Below are positions 8,200 to 18,894 of a DNA stretch of 55,699 bases, in pieces. The stretch's first letter is position 1. Every line of letters begins with the position of its first letter. The translations under genes and the position numbers were made by a program. Source of the DNA: Pseudophaeobacter sp. (GTDB lineage: Bacteria; Pseudomonadota; Alphaproteobacteria; Rhodobacterales; Rhodobacteraceae); assembly GCA_034111985.1 (NCBI GenBank), contig JAWUWF010000115.1, forward strand, positions 1-55,699. Reading direction: 5' to 3'. Below the pieces are notes generated by a model. The model was not told where the DNA came from. It made no database searches and was given only the letters and a program-made list of their open reading frames with translations.

Positions 8200-8701
8200 T
8201 CCAAATATCCGGGCCCTGGCTGTAGGCAATATAGAGCGGATGTTTGGGGTGGCCATGCTTGCTAAGGCCAAGGTGGTGCAGCGGCTTGCCTTGGGCACGC
8301 AGGAGGGTCTCGATCCTTTCGCCTTGACCGCGATGCGCCCCATGGGTGCCCCAGGCGCAGATCACCATATCGGCCCAGTCCAGCCCGGCAAGAATCGTGG
8401 TATTGTTGTCCGGGCCTTCGGGATCAGAGGCTGCGCGCATCACCTTTGGGTCCGTGGCGCGGATGGCAAAAATATTGGTGACTTGAAAGCCGCCAAAACC
8501 CAGGGTGCGGGCGCGGCGCTCACAGCGCTCGATGGTGGGGTCGTTCTGCACCTCGGTCGCCTTGGAGGGGTTCAGCATCACAAACATCACCCGCGGCGCG
8601 TCGGCCTGCCAGACGCGGGTGAGGCTGTAGCGATAGGTCTCGCAGTCGGAATAGACAGCGGTGGAGGGCGCATCTCCCTTGGTGTGACTGCGGGTGATCA
8701 T
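8195..8701 (-). CDS. DUF1643 domain protein
   Basis: YRYSLTRVW, FVMLNPSKA...DPTIERC, CAWGTHG, HPKHPLY. Confidence 0.88.
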   Translation of the reverse strand: MITRSHTKGDAPSTAVYSDCETYRYSLTRVWQADAPRVMFVMLNPSKATEVQNDPTIERCERRARTLGFGGFQVTNIFAIRATDPKVMRAASDPEGPDNNTTILAGLDWADMVICAWGTHGAHRGQGERIETLLRAQGKPLHHLGLSKHGHPKHPLYIAYSQGPDIWS

Positions 8702-8722
8702 GCGCCAGCTCCTTGCCCTGAT

Positions 8723-9631
8723 TTACTGCACAAAGACCCGGCTGGGGTGCAGCTCACCGGCCTTGTAGATGCCGACGGCAACCGCCTTGCCGTCATAGGA
8801 GGCCCAGGCCTCGTCGCCGTATTCCACGGTCGCAGCCAGCACCATGCCGGGGTTGCCATTGCGCAGACGCACAGCCCCTTCGGCGGTGCATTTAAGCTCG
8901 GGCAGATCCGCCAGCCCCTCTTCCAGGGGGCGCAAATGGGTGTCGAGCTCAGGGGTGCGCTCCATGCGCAGGACCTCGTCCAGCGTCAGGCCATCAGCGG
9001 CATCAAAGGGACCGGACCAGACCCGGCGCAGCTCTTTGACGTGGGCAAAACACCCAAGGGCGGCACCCAGATCGCGGGCGATTGAGCGGACATAGCCCCC
9101 TTTGCCGCAGGTCATTTCCAGCACCACGTGGTCTTGGTCAGGACGGTCAACCAACAGCAACTCTTCCACCCAAAGCGGGCGGGCTGCGATCTCAAAATCC
9201 TCATTGCCCTCCCGTGCCAGTTTGTAGGCGCGCTGACCGTCGATCTTTACGGCTGAGAACTTTGGCGGCACCTGCTGGATGTCCCCGATAAAGGGCAACA
9301 GCGCCTCTTTGATCTCGGCGTCGGTTGGGCGCAGATCGCTTTGCGCGATCACTTCACCCTCGGCATCGTCGGTATTGGTGGCCTGACCCAGCCGCACCGT
9401 AAAGGTATAGGCCTTTAGCGCGTCGGTAATATAGGGAACCGTCTTGGTGGCCTCGCCCAGCGCAATGGCAAGCACGCCGGTTGCTTCGGGGTCGAGGGTG
9501 CCCGCGTGGCCCGCCTTTTGCGCTTCAAGCGCCCAGCGGACCTTGTTGACGACAGCGGTCGAGGTCAGCCCGGCGGGTTTATCCACCACCAGCCAGCCAG
9601 AAATATCACGCCCTTTGCGTTTGCGTCCCAT
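8723..9631 (-). CDS. truB: tRNA pseudouridine(55) synthase
   Basis: [33 protein letters not shown] and CGKGGYVRS. Confidence 0.97.
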   Translation of the reverse strand: MGRKRKGRDISGWLVVDKPAGLTSTAVVNKVRWALEAQKAGHAGTLDPEATGVLAIALGEATKTVPYITDALKAYTFTVRLGQATNTDDAEGEVIAQSDLRPTDAEIKEALLPFIGDIQQVPPKFSAVKIDGQRAYKLAREGNEDFEIAARPLWVEELLLVDRPDQDHVVLEMTCGKGGYVRSIARDLGAALGCFAHVKELRRVWSGPFDAADGLTLDEVLRMERTPELDTHLRPLEEGLADLPELKCTAEGAVRLRNGNPGMVLAATVEYGDEAWASYDGKAVAVGIYKAGELHPSRVFVQ

Positions 9632-9726
9632 GTCGTTCCCCAAATTCAAGTGAGGCGCGGGGCCTAGCCCACAGGGCCTGCCCTGTCAATTGCCTGCTGC
9701 ATTTGAGCCGGGCACGCGGAGCAGGC

Positions 9727-10467
9727 TCAGGGCTTGTCAGCGGTCACGCCAACCACGGGGCCCATCATGAACCCTGCGTCAGAGCGCCCGATCTGCGGCG
9801 CATGCAAGCGTGAGATATTGCCGTCGAAATAGAGTGCGTTGGGCAGTTTGAGGTGATCCCTGAACAGGCTGCCAAACTGATGGAAGGTCACCGCATTGCG
9901 CGAGATGGCAAAGACCACGCGGGTGCCGTCGGGCGAGGTGCCGACGCCGTTGCGAATATAATAGGAGGTCGAATCGGGCAAAAAGCGCGGGTGCAACGCC
10001 CCGTCAATTACCAGCATGGGCCCGGATTGGCTGGCCGAGGTGCAGGTGGTGCCGCTGTCTCGGAACGCGAGGGTTTCAAAGACATCGGCGCGGCCAGCGC
10101 GCAGGCAAAAGACCCCGTTGGGCAGCAGGCCAAAATTGCCCGGCCCGGCATTGGGGATCAGCCGCATCTCTTGCTTACCATCCTCAACATACAGACCAAC
10201 AGGGGCGCGATTGGCGTGATACATGCCGGCATTGGTGGCAAAAATCAGCTCTTTGCCTTTGGCCACAAGGGATTTTTCAATGTTAGAGAAATGACCAAAG
10301 ATCTGGTCTGTATCGTCGCGCAGAAACAGCTGCAGCTGCTCCTGTGCGGCGTTCACTTCGCACAGGGTGTAGCGATTGCCCTCATAGGCAATATCGCTGC
10401 ACGCCACGGCCCCAACCGCTGGTGCCGCCCAAAGGGCGACCAGCAAAATCAGGGCCCTGCGGATCAA
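9727..10467 (-). CDS. Phosphodiester glycosidase family protein (YigE/DUF2233-like), exported
   Basis: Signal peptide, [29 protein letters not shown] and ALYFDG. Confidence 0.82.
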   Translation of the reverse strand: MIRRALILLVALWAAPAVGAVACSDIAYEGNRYTLCEVNAAQEQLQLFLRDDTDQIFGHFSNIEKSLVAKGKELIFATNAGMYHANRAPVGLYVEDGKQEMRLIPNAGPGNFGLLPNGVFCLRAGRADVFETLAFRDSGTTCTSASQSGPMLVIDGALHPRFLPDSTSYYIRNGVGTSPDGTRVVFAISRNAVTFHQFGSLFRDHLKLPNALYFDGNISRLHAPQIGRSDAGFMMGPVVGVTADKP

Positions 10468-10859
10468 TCCTCAAGATCGCGGCGCACCGCGTCCTGTTCC
10501 AGCATTTTGCGGGTGGCATCCATTTGGTCATAGGTCAGATCCAGTTGGAAGCGCAGATCCGGGGTGTATTTCATGCCCAGCTTCTTGCCCGCGAGGGTGC
10601 GCAGCTCCCACTTGTTGCGGGCCAGCAGCTTGAGCAGGTCTTCCTTCCCTTTGCCGCCCAGCGGCAGCACAAAGGCGGTTGCGATACGCAGATCCGGAGT
10701 GACCCGGACCTCACCGACGGTGATCGACATGCGGTTCAGCTCTGGGTCGTGCAGCTCGCCGCGCGACAGCACTTCGGACAGGGTCCGGCGGATCAGCTCG
10801 CCGACGCGCAGCTGCCGTTGGGAGGGGGCGCGCCCCTCTGGAGATTTGTTCTTTGCCAT
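10464..10859 (-). CDS. rbfA: Ribosome-binding factor A
   Basis: [33 protein letters not shown]; upstream of truB. Confidence 0.96.
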   Translation of the reverse strand: MAKNKSPEGRAPSQRQLRVGELIRRTLSEVLSRGELHDPELNRMSITVGEVRVTPDLRIATAFVLPLGGKGKEDLLKLLARNKWELRTLAGKKLGMKYTPDLRFQLDLTYDQMDATRKMLEQDAVRRDLED

Positions 10860-10980
10860 ATCTTCGATCTATGCCGAAACCAGCCCTTTGCCAAGTCATC
10901 GCCAAGCGGGTAGGAGAAAACCAGCAGAGATTTTGTCAATCCATTCATCCAACGACGCATCAAAGACGAGGACAACAGCA

Positions 10981-11790
10981 ATGACCGAAGAACCAGGTAT
11001 CGTGATTACAGGCGCATCAGGCCGTATGGGGCAGATGCTGATCAAGACGGTTCTGGACAGCGACAAGGCGCGGCTTGTTGGGGCTGTGGAACGCACGGGT
11101 CATGCCTGGGTTGGTCAGGATCTCGGGCGCGCTATGGGCGGCAGGGAGATCGGCGTTGTGGTCACCGATGACCCGCTTGAGGCCTTTGCAAAGGCGCAGG
11201 CCGTGATTGATTTTACCTCGCCCGAGGCGACGCTGGCCTTTTCAAAACTGGCGGCGCAGGCGCGGGCGGTGCATGTGATTGGCACCACCGGCATGTCTGA
11301 GGCGCAGATCGCCCAGCTTGAGCCCGCCGCGCGCCATGCGGTGATCGTGCGGGCCGGCAATATGAGCCTCGGTGTCAATCTGCTGGTGCAGCTGACCAAA
11401 AAGGTCGCCGCCGCACTGGATGATGATTTTGATATCGAAGTGATCGAGGCGCATCATCACCACAAGGTGGACGCGCCCTCGGGCACAGCCCTGATGCTAG
11501 GCGAAGCCGCCGCCGAGGGGCGCGGTGTAGTGCTGGCCGAGGTCTCTGATTCGGGCCGCGATGGCATCACCGGCGCGCGCAAACGCGGTGATATCGGCTT
11601 TAGTGCCATCCGGGGTGGCGATATCGTCGGTGAGCATGATGTGCTGTTTGCCGCCGCCGGAGAGCGCATTGTGTTGCGCCACATGGCCACCGACCGCGCC
11701 ATTTTTTCGCGTGGCGCGCTGAGGGCGGCGCTTTGGGGACAGGATAAGGCGCCGGGAGAATATGACATGATGGATGTGCTTGGCCTGTAA
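10981..11790 (+). CDS. dapB: 4-hydroxy-tetrahydrodipicolinate reductase
   Basis: GASGRMG, IDFT, IGTTG and [16 protein letters not shown]. Confidence 0.97.
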   Translation: MTEEPGIVITGASGRMGQMLIKTVLDSDKARLVGAVERTGHAWVGQDLGRAMGGREIGVVVTDDPLEAFAKAQAVIDFTSPEATLAFSKLAAQARAVHVIGTTGMSEAQIAQLEPAARHAVIVRAGNMSLGVNLLVQLTKKVAAALDDDFDIEVIEAHHHHKVDAPSGTALMLGEAAAEGRGVVLAEVSDSGRDGITGARKRGDIGFSAIRGGDIVGEHDVLFAAAGERIVLRHMATDRAIFSRGALRAALWGQDKAPGEYDMMDVLGL

Positions 11791-11810
11791 TCTGCCTCAA
11801 AACTGCGCGG

Positions 11811-12143
11811 CTACAGATCTGGTGTCTCGCGAAACCCTTCGAAGCCTTGGGTGGTTTCCACCACCGAGGCCTCATAGTGTGCGATCAGCGGCATGACCTG
11901 TGGCTCAACCTCTTTGGTCCAGACCGGCCCGTCATAAAACGCGTCTTTTAGTGTCTCGCGCTGTTCCAGGCTGTCAAAGGCCCGAATCCAATGTACTTTG
12001 TCAGGGTCTTCAAGGTCCCGCATTGGGCCAAAGACCAACATGCCAGCGTCCCGTAGGGCAGCCCGGTTCACCTGTTCAAAGAAACGGATAAAGGCCTCGC
12101 GCTGGCCGGGATGCAGAGTGTAGCGGCGGATTTCCAGAATCAT
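11811..12143 (-). CDS. NIPSNAP family protein
   Basis: ILEIRRYTLHPG...WIRAFDSLEQRE...FY. Confidence 0.85.
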   Translation of the reverse strand: MILEIRRYTLHPGQREAFIRFFEQVNRAALRDAGMLVFGPMRDLEDPDKVHWIRAFDSLEQRETLKDAFYDGPVWTKEVEPQVMPLIAHYEASVVETTQGFEGFRETPDL

Positions 12144-12163
12144 CTGACAGGTGCCTTTTGTCT

Positions 12164-12433
12164 TCAGAAATCGATGGCGATGCCTTTTTTCTCCCAGTCG
12201 CCATAGCGAGCGGGGTCCAAGCCGTCGCGACCGCCCAGTTCTCTTGGCGGTTTTGCCTTGGCGTCGGCCTCTTTACGGCGTTCGGCGGCCTCGGCCAGGG
12301 CGCGCTGGGCGGCCGGGGGCAGATCTGCTGGTACTGCCGAGGCGACTGCAGGGGCGTCACTGGGGGCCGGTGTCTCGGTCTGAAGCTTGGTCTGATTCTC
12401 GGCCTGGGGCTCGGTTGGGGTCTCGTCGCTCAT
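12164..12433 (-). CDS. DUF1674 domain protein (SDHAF4-like)
   Basis: C-terminal ELGGRDGLDPARYGDWEKKGIAIDF; AAGGA RBS before ATG 12433. Confidence 0.9.
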   Translation of the reverse strand: MSDETPTEPQAENQTKLQTETPAPSDAPAVASAVPADLPPAAQRALAEAAERRKEADAKAKPPRELGGRDGLDPARYGDWEKKGIAIDF

Positions 12434-12548
12434 CGCGGGTTCCTTTATGCTGCGGCCATGATATACGCCCCTCCTTGGTGGGGACAAGCCACCCCAGGTG
12501 CCTTTGGCTTTGGCCAGCAGGGCGCGCGTCATGCGAAGGAGAGCAGCA

Positions 12549-13811
12549 ATGTCCGATGGAACCCAGGCCCGCCGTACGGTGATTTACCTGTTGGATCAGG
12601 TGCTCGGTGAAGAGCGGCTGTTGGCGGAATGCTATGCGACAGGGATCCTTGAGCGCCTGGCGCCGGAAGATCGTGCCCGCACCCAGCGCTTGACCCTGCA
12701 GACCCTGCGCAGCCTGGAACGCGCCGATCGTGTGCTGCAAAAGCATCTGAAGAAATCAACGCCCCTCACGGTGCAAAATGCGCTGCGTCTGGGCACAGTA
12801 GAGTTGTGCAGCGGGGCCGCCGCACACGGTGTGGTCAACGATATGGTCGCGATCATCTCCAAACATCGCCACCACGGCAAACTCAAAGGTCTGGTCAATG
12901 CGGTGCTGCGCAAGGTCGCGGAACAGGGCCCTGCGGAATGGGCCAAGCTTCGGGTGCCGCGGCTGCCAAAATGGCTGCGCAGCCCGCTGGCGCAGGCCTG
13001 GGGCAATGAGGCCATGCTGGCCATTGAGGCGGCGCACTATGCCGGCGCCCCTCTGGATATCACCGGCAAGCCCGGCGTGGATCTGACCCCTCTGGGTGGC
13101 ACTGTTCTGGCGACCGGATCGCTGCGACTGGTTGAGGCGGGTCAGGTCTCGGCGCTGGCCGGATACGAGGCAGGTGATTGGTGGGTGCAGGATGCGGCTG
13201 CCGCGCTACCGGCACAGATTTTGCGCGCCCAAGCGGGCGAACGAGTGCTGGATCTCTGTGCCGCCCCCGGGGGCAAAACCATGCAGATGGCCGCCAGTGG
13301 TGCCAGTGTTACCGCTGTTGATACCTCTGCCACGCGCATGGAGCGCCTGCGCGAGAACCTCACCCGGACCGGCCTTGTGGCTGATCTGGTGGTGGGCGAC
13401 GCGCTTGAGCAGGCGGGGCAGTATGATGCGGTGCTGCTGGATGCGCCCTGTTCTGCCACCGGCACCATGCGCCGCCACCCGGACCTGCCCCATGCCAAAG
13501 ACGGCAGCGCCTTTGGTGAGCTGATCGAGCTGCAGGCGCGGATGCTGGCGCATGCCTGGAGCCTGGTCAAACCCGGCGGTCGCATGGTGTTTTGCACCTG
13601 CTCTTTGCTGCCGGACGAGGGCGAATGTCAGATCGAAGAGGCGCTTGAGATGTTCCCGGATATGACTGTGGACCGTGCAGCGCTGGATGGCCTCGGTATT
13701 GATCCCGCCTGGATCACCGAAGAAGGTGGTCTGCGCCTGCGTCCGGATTACTGGTCTGAACAGGGTGGTATGGACGGTTTTTACATGGCGCTTTTGCGCA
13801 AATCTGCCTGA
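12549..13811 (+). CDS. rsmB: RsmB/NOP family RNA m5C methyltransferase (Sun/Fmu)
   Basis: NusB-like N-terminus, WWVQD, LDLCAAPGGKT, LLDAPCSATG and CTCSL. Confidence 0.88.
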   Translation: MSDGTQARRTVIYLLDQVLGEERLLAECYATGILERLAPEDRARTQRLTLQTLRSLERADRVLQKHLKKSTPLTVQNALRLGTVELCSGAAAHGVVNDMVAIISKHRHHGKLKGLVNAVLRKVAEQGPAEWAKLRVPRLPKWLRSPLAQAWGNEAMLAIEAAHYAGAPLDITGKPGVDLTPLGGTVLATGSLRLVEAGQVSALAGYEAGDWWVQDAAAALPAQILRAQAGERVLDLCAAPGGKTMQMAASGASVTAVDTSATRMERLRENLTRTGLVADLVVGDALEQAGQYDAVLLDAPCSATGTMRRHPDLPHAKDGSAFGELIELQARMLAHAWSLVKPGGRMVFCTCSLLPDEGECQIEEALEMFPDMTVDRAALDGLGIDPAWITEEGGLRLRPDYWSEQGGMDGFYMALLRKSA

Positions 13812-13916
13812 GGATCCCTGTTGGCGCGTATTCATCGGTGACTTGACGTGTCAACGCCGCTATTCTTTTGCCTAAACGCCGGCACTTAATAGCACAGAAG
13901 GCGTGAGGCAGAGCGC

Positions 13917-15665
13917 ATGTCCAGATACGATAGAGTGGCGGGTCGCGGGACCCGTATGATGAATAGGCTATACGCCTGGCGGGCTCGTAAGCAGCCAGCA
14001 GCAACCGGCTTTGTCTCACAACCCGAGCCGCGAACCATCGGCAGTTTTGCACGTGGACGACAGCTGGTGGCGGGAAATCTGCTGTTCGCCGGCTTTCTGG
14101 TCGAATCAGAAACCACGGGTCTTTGGGAAGTGAACGCGCCGGATGCCGCCTTTGAGGCCGAGCGTCAGGGGTTCTCTTGGCTTGATGATCTGGCGGCAGT
14201 TGGCGATATCAAGGCCCGCGTCAAGGCGCAGAAATGGGTCTGGGGCTGGATCGAAAGCAATGGTGCCGGACTGGGGTCGGCCCTGGCCTGGTCGCCGGAT
14301 CTGACCGGCCGGCGGGTGATCCGCTGGATCAACCACGCTTTGTTCCTGCTCAGCAGCAAAGATCGCGCCGAGACCGAAGCCTTTTACCAATCGCTATCCC
14401 AGCAAACCTGGTTTTTGTCGCAGCGCTGGCAGGGAGCCTCGCCGGGATTGCCGCGGTTTGAGGCCCTGACCGGGTTGATCTATGCCGGGTTGGCGCTGCA
14501 GGGGCGCGAAGAGCTGGCGGATCCGGCCATTCGGGCCCTGGCGGCAGAATGCGATAGCCAGATTGATGCGGAGGGCGGTGTGCCAACCCGCAACCCTGAA
14601 GAGCTTTTGGAGGTCTTTACCCTGCTGACCTGGGCCGCCGCAGCCCTGCACGAGGCGGGTCGTACTGTGCCTGCGGCGCAGACGGCTGCGATTGAACGCA
14701 TAGCCCCTGCTCTGCGCGCCCTGCGTCACGCCGATGGCGGATTGGCGCGGTTTCACGGTGGCGGCAGGGGGCTAGAGGGCTGGCTGGATCATGCGCTGGC
14801 CGCCAGCCATGTCTCCGGTGGCTACCGCGAAGGGCTGGCCATGGGCTATGCACGCCTGTCGGCGCGGCGTACCTCGGTGATCATTGACGCGGCTGTCCCG
14901 CCCAAAGGGGCCGCATCGAGCAACGGTCATGCCTCAACCCTGGCGTTTGAACTGACATCGGGGCGGCGGCCTTTGATTGTGAGCTGTGGCTCTGGCGAGA
15001 CATTTGGCCTTGAGTGGCGCCGCGCAGGCCGTGCCACACCCTCTCATTCCACACTCTGCCTTGCCGGTCACTCCAGCGCCCGGCTGGCGCCTGCGGATCG
15101 CACCACCGGCCAGGAATTGCTGGTGGATGCGCCAACCCAGGTGCAGGTCGCGCTCGAACAGATCGCGGATGGCAACCGTTTTCAGGGTGGCCATGATGGC
15201 TATCTGCGCGATTTTGGCCTCACCCATGCCCGCACGCTGGAGCTGTCAGATGATGGGCGCGGCCTTGCGGGGGAAGACCTTCTGGTGGCCATCGAGGAGC
15301 CGGCCAAACGGGTCTTTTCCAAGGCTCTGGACAGTGCGGGCAGCAAGGGCGTGGCGTTTGAACTGCGACTGCACCTGCACCCCGAGGTGGATTCTGCCGT
15401 CGATTTGGGCGGGGCTGCGGTCTCGATGGCCCTCAGAAGCGGGGAGATCTGGGTGTTTCGCCACGATGGCCATTGCGAAATGACGCTGGAACCCAGTGTT
15501 TATCTTGAAAAAACGCGATTAAAGCCCCGTGCGGCAAAGCAGATCGTTTTATCTGGCCGCGCAATCGAGTATGCGACACGCGTCCGGTGGACGCTGAGCA
15601 AGGCCCAAGAGACGGCCGTTGCCGTGCGTGACCTGACTCGGGATGAGCCCGAGATTTTTGACTGA
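13917..15665 (+). CDS. Heparinase II/III family protein
   Basis: [26 protein letters not shown] and HDGY motifs, between the RsmB gene and purH. Confidence 0.82.
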   Translation: MSRYDRVAGRGTRMMNRLYAWRARKQPAATGFVSQPEPRTIGSFARGRQLVAGNLLFAGFLVESETTGLWEVNAPDAAFEAERQGFSWLDDLAAVGDIKARVKAQKWVWGWIESNGAGLGSALAWSPDLTGRRVIRWINHALFLLSSKDRAETEAFYQSLSQQTWFLSQRWQGASPGLPRFEALTGLIYAGLALQGREELADPAIRALAAECDSQIDAEGGVPTRNPEELLEVFTLLTWAAAALHEAGRTVPAAQTAAIERIAPALRALRHADGGLARFHGGGRGLEGWLDHALAASHVSGGYREGLAMGYARLSARRTSVIIDAAVPPKGAASSNGHASTLAFELTSGRRPLIVSCGSGETFGLEWRRAGRATPSHSTLCLAGHSSARLAPADRTTGQELLVDAPTQVQVALEQIADGNRFQGGHDGYLRDFGLTHARTLELSDDGRGLAGEDLLVAIEEPAKRVFSKALDSAGSKGVAFELRLHLHPEVDSAVDLGGAAVSMALRSGEIWVFRHDGHCEMTLEPSVYLEKTRLKPRAAKQIVLSGRAIEYATRVRWTLSKAQETAVAVRDLTRDEPEIFD

Positions 15666-15697
15666 GCCTACTTGAGCCTGTGAAGGACCGCCCTGCC

Positions 15698-17287
15698 ATG
15701 ACTGACCAGACCCCCATCCGCCGTGCCCTGCTTTCCGTATCCGACAAAACCGGTCTTATTGACCTCGGCAAGGCGCTCAGCGCGCGCGGCGTTGAGCTTT
15801 TGTCCACCGGGGGCTCTGCCAAGGCCCTGCGCGAGGCTGGCCTCACGGTCAAAGACGTGGCTGATATCACGGGCTTTCCTGAAATGATGGATGGCCGGGT
15901 AAAGACCCTGCATCCCATGGTGCATGGCGGTCTGCTCGCGCTGCGTGACAATGCCGATCATGTCAAAGCCATGCAGGAACACGGCATTGCTCCCATCGAT
16001 CTGTTGGTCGTAAATCTCTACCCGTTTGAAGAGACCGTGGCCAAGGGTGCCGATTATGACACCTGCATCGAGAACATCGACATTGGTGGCCCTGCGATGA
16101 TTCGCGCCGCCGCCAAGAACCACGGTGATGTCACGGTGGTTGTGGATGTTGCCGATTATGACACATTGCTGGGCGACATGGATCAGCACGATGGCGCGAC
16201 ATGCCCCAAGTTCCGCCGCAAACTGGCGCAGATCGCCTATGCCCGCACCGCTGCCTATGACGCGGCCGTCTCCACCTGGTTCGCCGGCGCGCTGGAGCTG
16301 GAAGCGCCGCGTCGTCGTGCCTTTGCCGGTGAGCTGAAGCAGACCCTGCGCTATGGCGAGAACAGCCACCAGAAAGCGGCGTTTTATACCGATGGCACCG
16401 ATCGTCCCGGCGTCGCCACAGCCCAGCAATTGCAGGGCAAAGAGCTGAGCTACAACAATATCAATGACACGGATGCGGCCTATGAGCTGGTCGCTGAGTT
16501 TGATCCCAGCGAGACCGCTGCCGTGGCGATCATCAAACACGCCAACCCCTGCGGTGTCGCCAAGGGCGCAACCCTGGTTGAGGCCTATCAAAAGGCATTT
16601 GACTGTGATCGTACCTCTGCCTTTGGCGGAATTGTGGCGCTGAACCAGGTGCTGGATGCCGAAACCGCTGCCAAGATCGTTGAGATCTTCACCGAGGTGG
16701 TGATTGCACCGGGGGCTTCGGAGGAGGCAAAGGCGATCTTTGCCGCTAAAAAGAACCTGCGCCTGTTGCTGACCGATGGTCTGCCCGACACCCGGGCAGC
16801 GCTCACCGCCTATAAACAGGTGGGCGGCGGCGTTCTGGTGCAGGACAAGGACGTCGGCTATGTCGGCCTCGACGACCTTAAGGTCGTCACAGAAAAAGCG
16901 CCGACCGAAGAGCAAATGCAGGATCTGCTGTTTGCCTGGAAAGTTGCCAAGCACGTCAAATCCAACGCCATCGTCTATGTCAAAGGCAATGCCACCGTTG
17001 GCGTTGGCGCGGGCCAGATGAGCCGCCTGGATAGCGCCAATATCGCAGCCTCCAAGGCGCAGCGCATGGCGGATGAGCTGGGTCTGGACGCGAGCCTCGC
17101 CAAAGGCTCTGCCGTGGCCTCGGATGCGTTCTTCCCCTTTGCGGATGGCTTGCTCGAAGCGGCTGCAGCCGGGGCGAGCTGTGTGATCCAGCCCGGTGGC
17201 TCGATGCGCGATAACGAGGTGATTGCCGCCGCCAACGAGGCTGGCATTGCTATGGTCTTTACCGGCATGCGCCACTTCCGCCACTGA
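15698..17287 (+). CDS. purH: Bifunctional AICAR transformylase/IMP cyclohydrolase
   Basis: [39 protein letters not shown] and TGMRHFRH. Confidence 0.98.
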   Translation: MTDQTPIRRALLSVSDKTGLIDLGKALSARGVELLSTGGSAKALREAGLTVKDVADITGFPEMMDGRVKTLHPMVHGGLLALRDNADHVKAMQEHGIAPIDLLVVNLYPFEETVAKGADYDTCIENIDIGGPAMIRAAAKNHGDVTVVVDVADYDTLLGDMDQHDGATCPKFRRKLAQIAYARTAAYDAAVSTWFAGALELEAPRRRAFAGELKQTLRYGENSHQKAAFYTDGTDRPGVATAQQLQGKELSYNNINDTDAAYELVAEFDPSETAAVAIIKHANPCGVAKGATLVEAYQKAFDCDRTSAFGGIVALNQVLDAETAAKIVEIFTEVVIAPGASEEAKAIFAAKKNLRLLLTDGLPDTRAALTAYKQVGGGVLVQDKDVGYVGLDDLKVVTEKAPTEEQMQDLLFAWKVAKHVKSNAIVYVKGNATVGVGAGQMSRLDSANIAASKAQRMADELGLDASLAKGSAVASDAFFPFADGLLEAAAAGASCVIQPGGSMRDNEVIAAANEAGIAMVFTGMRHFRH

Positions 17288-17312
17288 CGCAGGCTGGGCT
17301 CGTTTGCCTTCC

Positions 17313-17347
17313 CGGACATGCGGTTGCTTTTTGAGACCGCATGTCCG
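17313..17347. repeat. Perfect 12-bp inverted repeat (hairpin) between purH and lspA
   Basis: CGGACATGCGGT-N11-ACCGCATGTCCG, with no U-tract after the stem. Confidence 0.7.
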
Positions 17348-17413
17348 AGCAGCGAGAAACCGGTTCCTACCCTTTCGCGACAGGCTTGTGAGCGCGAGAC
17401 ACGAGAGAAAAAC

Positions 17414-17899
17414 ATGGCAGCAGCACGTATGATTTTTTGGGGCGCCTTCTGGGCCTTTCTGGTGGATCAGGCCAGCAAATATCTGGTTATCCACTGGATG
17501 GGCTTGTCCCAGCGACTCAGCATTGACGTGCTGCCGCCGCTGCTGAATTTCCGCTATGGCGAAAACACTGGCATCAATTTTGGCCTGTTTGGCGGCGGCG
17601 ATGAGCTGGCGCGCTGGCTTTTGATCGGGTTGTCGCTGGTGATTTGCCTAGCATTGGTGCTCTGGGTTGGCCGTGGCAATGACAAAGGCGCCTTGATGCG
17701 GGTTTCGGCGGGGCTGGTGATCGGTGGCGCGCTGGGCAATGTGGCGGATCGTCTGCTTTATGGCTATGTGCTGGATTTCCTCAATATGTCCTGTTGTGGC
17801 CTCAATAATCCCTTTGTTTTCAATCTGGCCGATGTGTTTATTTTTGCCGGCGCTGCGGGTTTGATCCTGTTTGAAGGCCGAATGAAAAAGCCTGCGTGA
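17414..17899 (+). CDS. lspA: Lipoprotein signal peptidase (signal peptidase II)
   Basis: [27 protein letters not shown] and VFNLAD. Confidence 0.95.
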   Translation: MAAARMIFWGAFWAFLVDQASKYLVIHWMGLSQRLSIDVLPPLLNFRYGENTGINFGLFGGGDELARWLLIGLSLVICLALVLWVGRGNDKGALMRVSAGLVIGGALGNVADRLLYGYVLDFLNMSCCGLNNPFVFNLADVFIFAGAAGLILFEGRMKKPA

Positions 17900-17954
17900 C
17901 CTCCCCCGGGAAATAGGCTAAAACCGCGTTGAAACTGGCGGGAGTATTGGGGAA

Positions 17955-18479
17955 ATGCGCATTCCTCTGGCAATGATTGGTCTGATTGGTGCAGTGGCGG
18001 TGTCCGGCTGCGTGCAAAAAGAGCTGCGCGATATTCGCGCAACCGGCACGGGCCCGGATGAATTTCTGATCCTGCCCCCCAAACCCCTGACCGCGCCGAC
18101 GGATTATGCCGCCTTGCCGGTGCCAACACCCGGTGGCGGTAATCTGACGGATACCAATCCACAGGCCGAGGCCGTCGCGGCGCTTGGGGGTAAGCCGAGT
18201 GCCCTGGTGCCTGGCACCTCTATCCCAGCCAGCGATTCTGGTCTTGTGACCGCCTCAAGCCGCTACGGCGTGGCGGCAGATGTGCGCCAGACCCTGGCGA
18301 GCGAAGATGCAGCCTTCCTCAAGCGCAAGCGCCGGGGTGGCAAAATCAAGATCGCTCCCGTGGATCGCTACGAGCAGATCTATTCAAAGCAGACCTTGGA
18401 TCCTTTTGCCGCCAATGCAGCCTTCCGCCGGGCTGGCGTTGCAACGCCTTCCGCGCCGCCTGCACGGGAAAAAGACTGA
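17955..18479 (+). CDS. DUF3035 domain lipoprotein
   Basis: Lipobox VSGC, GPDEFLILPPKPL...LPVPTPG, and C-terminal TPSAPP. Confidence 0.85.
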   Translation: MRIPLAMIGLIGAVAVSGCVQKELRDIRATGTGPDEFLILPPKPLTAPTDYAALPVPTPGGGNLTDTNPQAEAVAALGGKPSALVPGTSIPASDSGLVTASSRYGVAADVRQTLASEDAAFLKRKRRGGKIKIAPVDRYEQIYSKQTLDPFAANAAFRRAGVATPSAPPAREKD

Positions 18480-18894
18480 GTACCAGCTTTAGCTAAGGTT
18501 TGAGCGCGGCTGCTCAGCATCGCAAAGGTGTCTTTGTGATGTGGAGACAGGGTCAGGGTTGGGAGCTTTTTTAACTTTGCTTCCATAGGCTCTGCTCATA
18601 TTGGAAAAGGTGCTTGATGTTTCGCGCCTCTCTTGATGGATTTAAAGCTGTGGCCAATTCTCACGTATGCGACAGTCCTGCTTGCACCCGGGCCTTATCG
18701 GCTTAGGTTGACTATAGCCGAGACGGTTGCCTCTAATACAGGACCAGACGCCAGAATTTGTCTGTCTGCGGGTCTTGATACACCGGCGCGTCTTTCGCGC
18801 GTGAAAGAGGCTTTGCAGTCAGATCGAACACTTTAAAGCTCAAAAATGTGCCAAGGCCCAGCAGGGTAAGGTGCTACAAAAAGGAGAAAGCCGC

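Noticed and set aside
13843-13854. Palindrome TTGAC-GT-GTCAA upstream of the heparinase-like gene
   Set aside because: The 2-nt spacer does not fit FNR (N4); TTGACG may simply be a -35 element.
15668-17494. 608-aa antisense ORF over purH, and similar long antisense ORFs over pnp, the kinase, the ligase, the permeases and the SBP
   Set aside because: Shadow frames expected in GC-rich coding DNA; they have no recognisable motifs and the opposite strand holds a clear gene.
18480-18894. 415-nt intergenic gap with short ORFs (18380-18586, 18633-18836)
   Set aside because: No RBS, motif or clear RNA structure, so I cannot support a gene or sRNA call.
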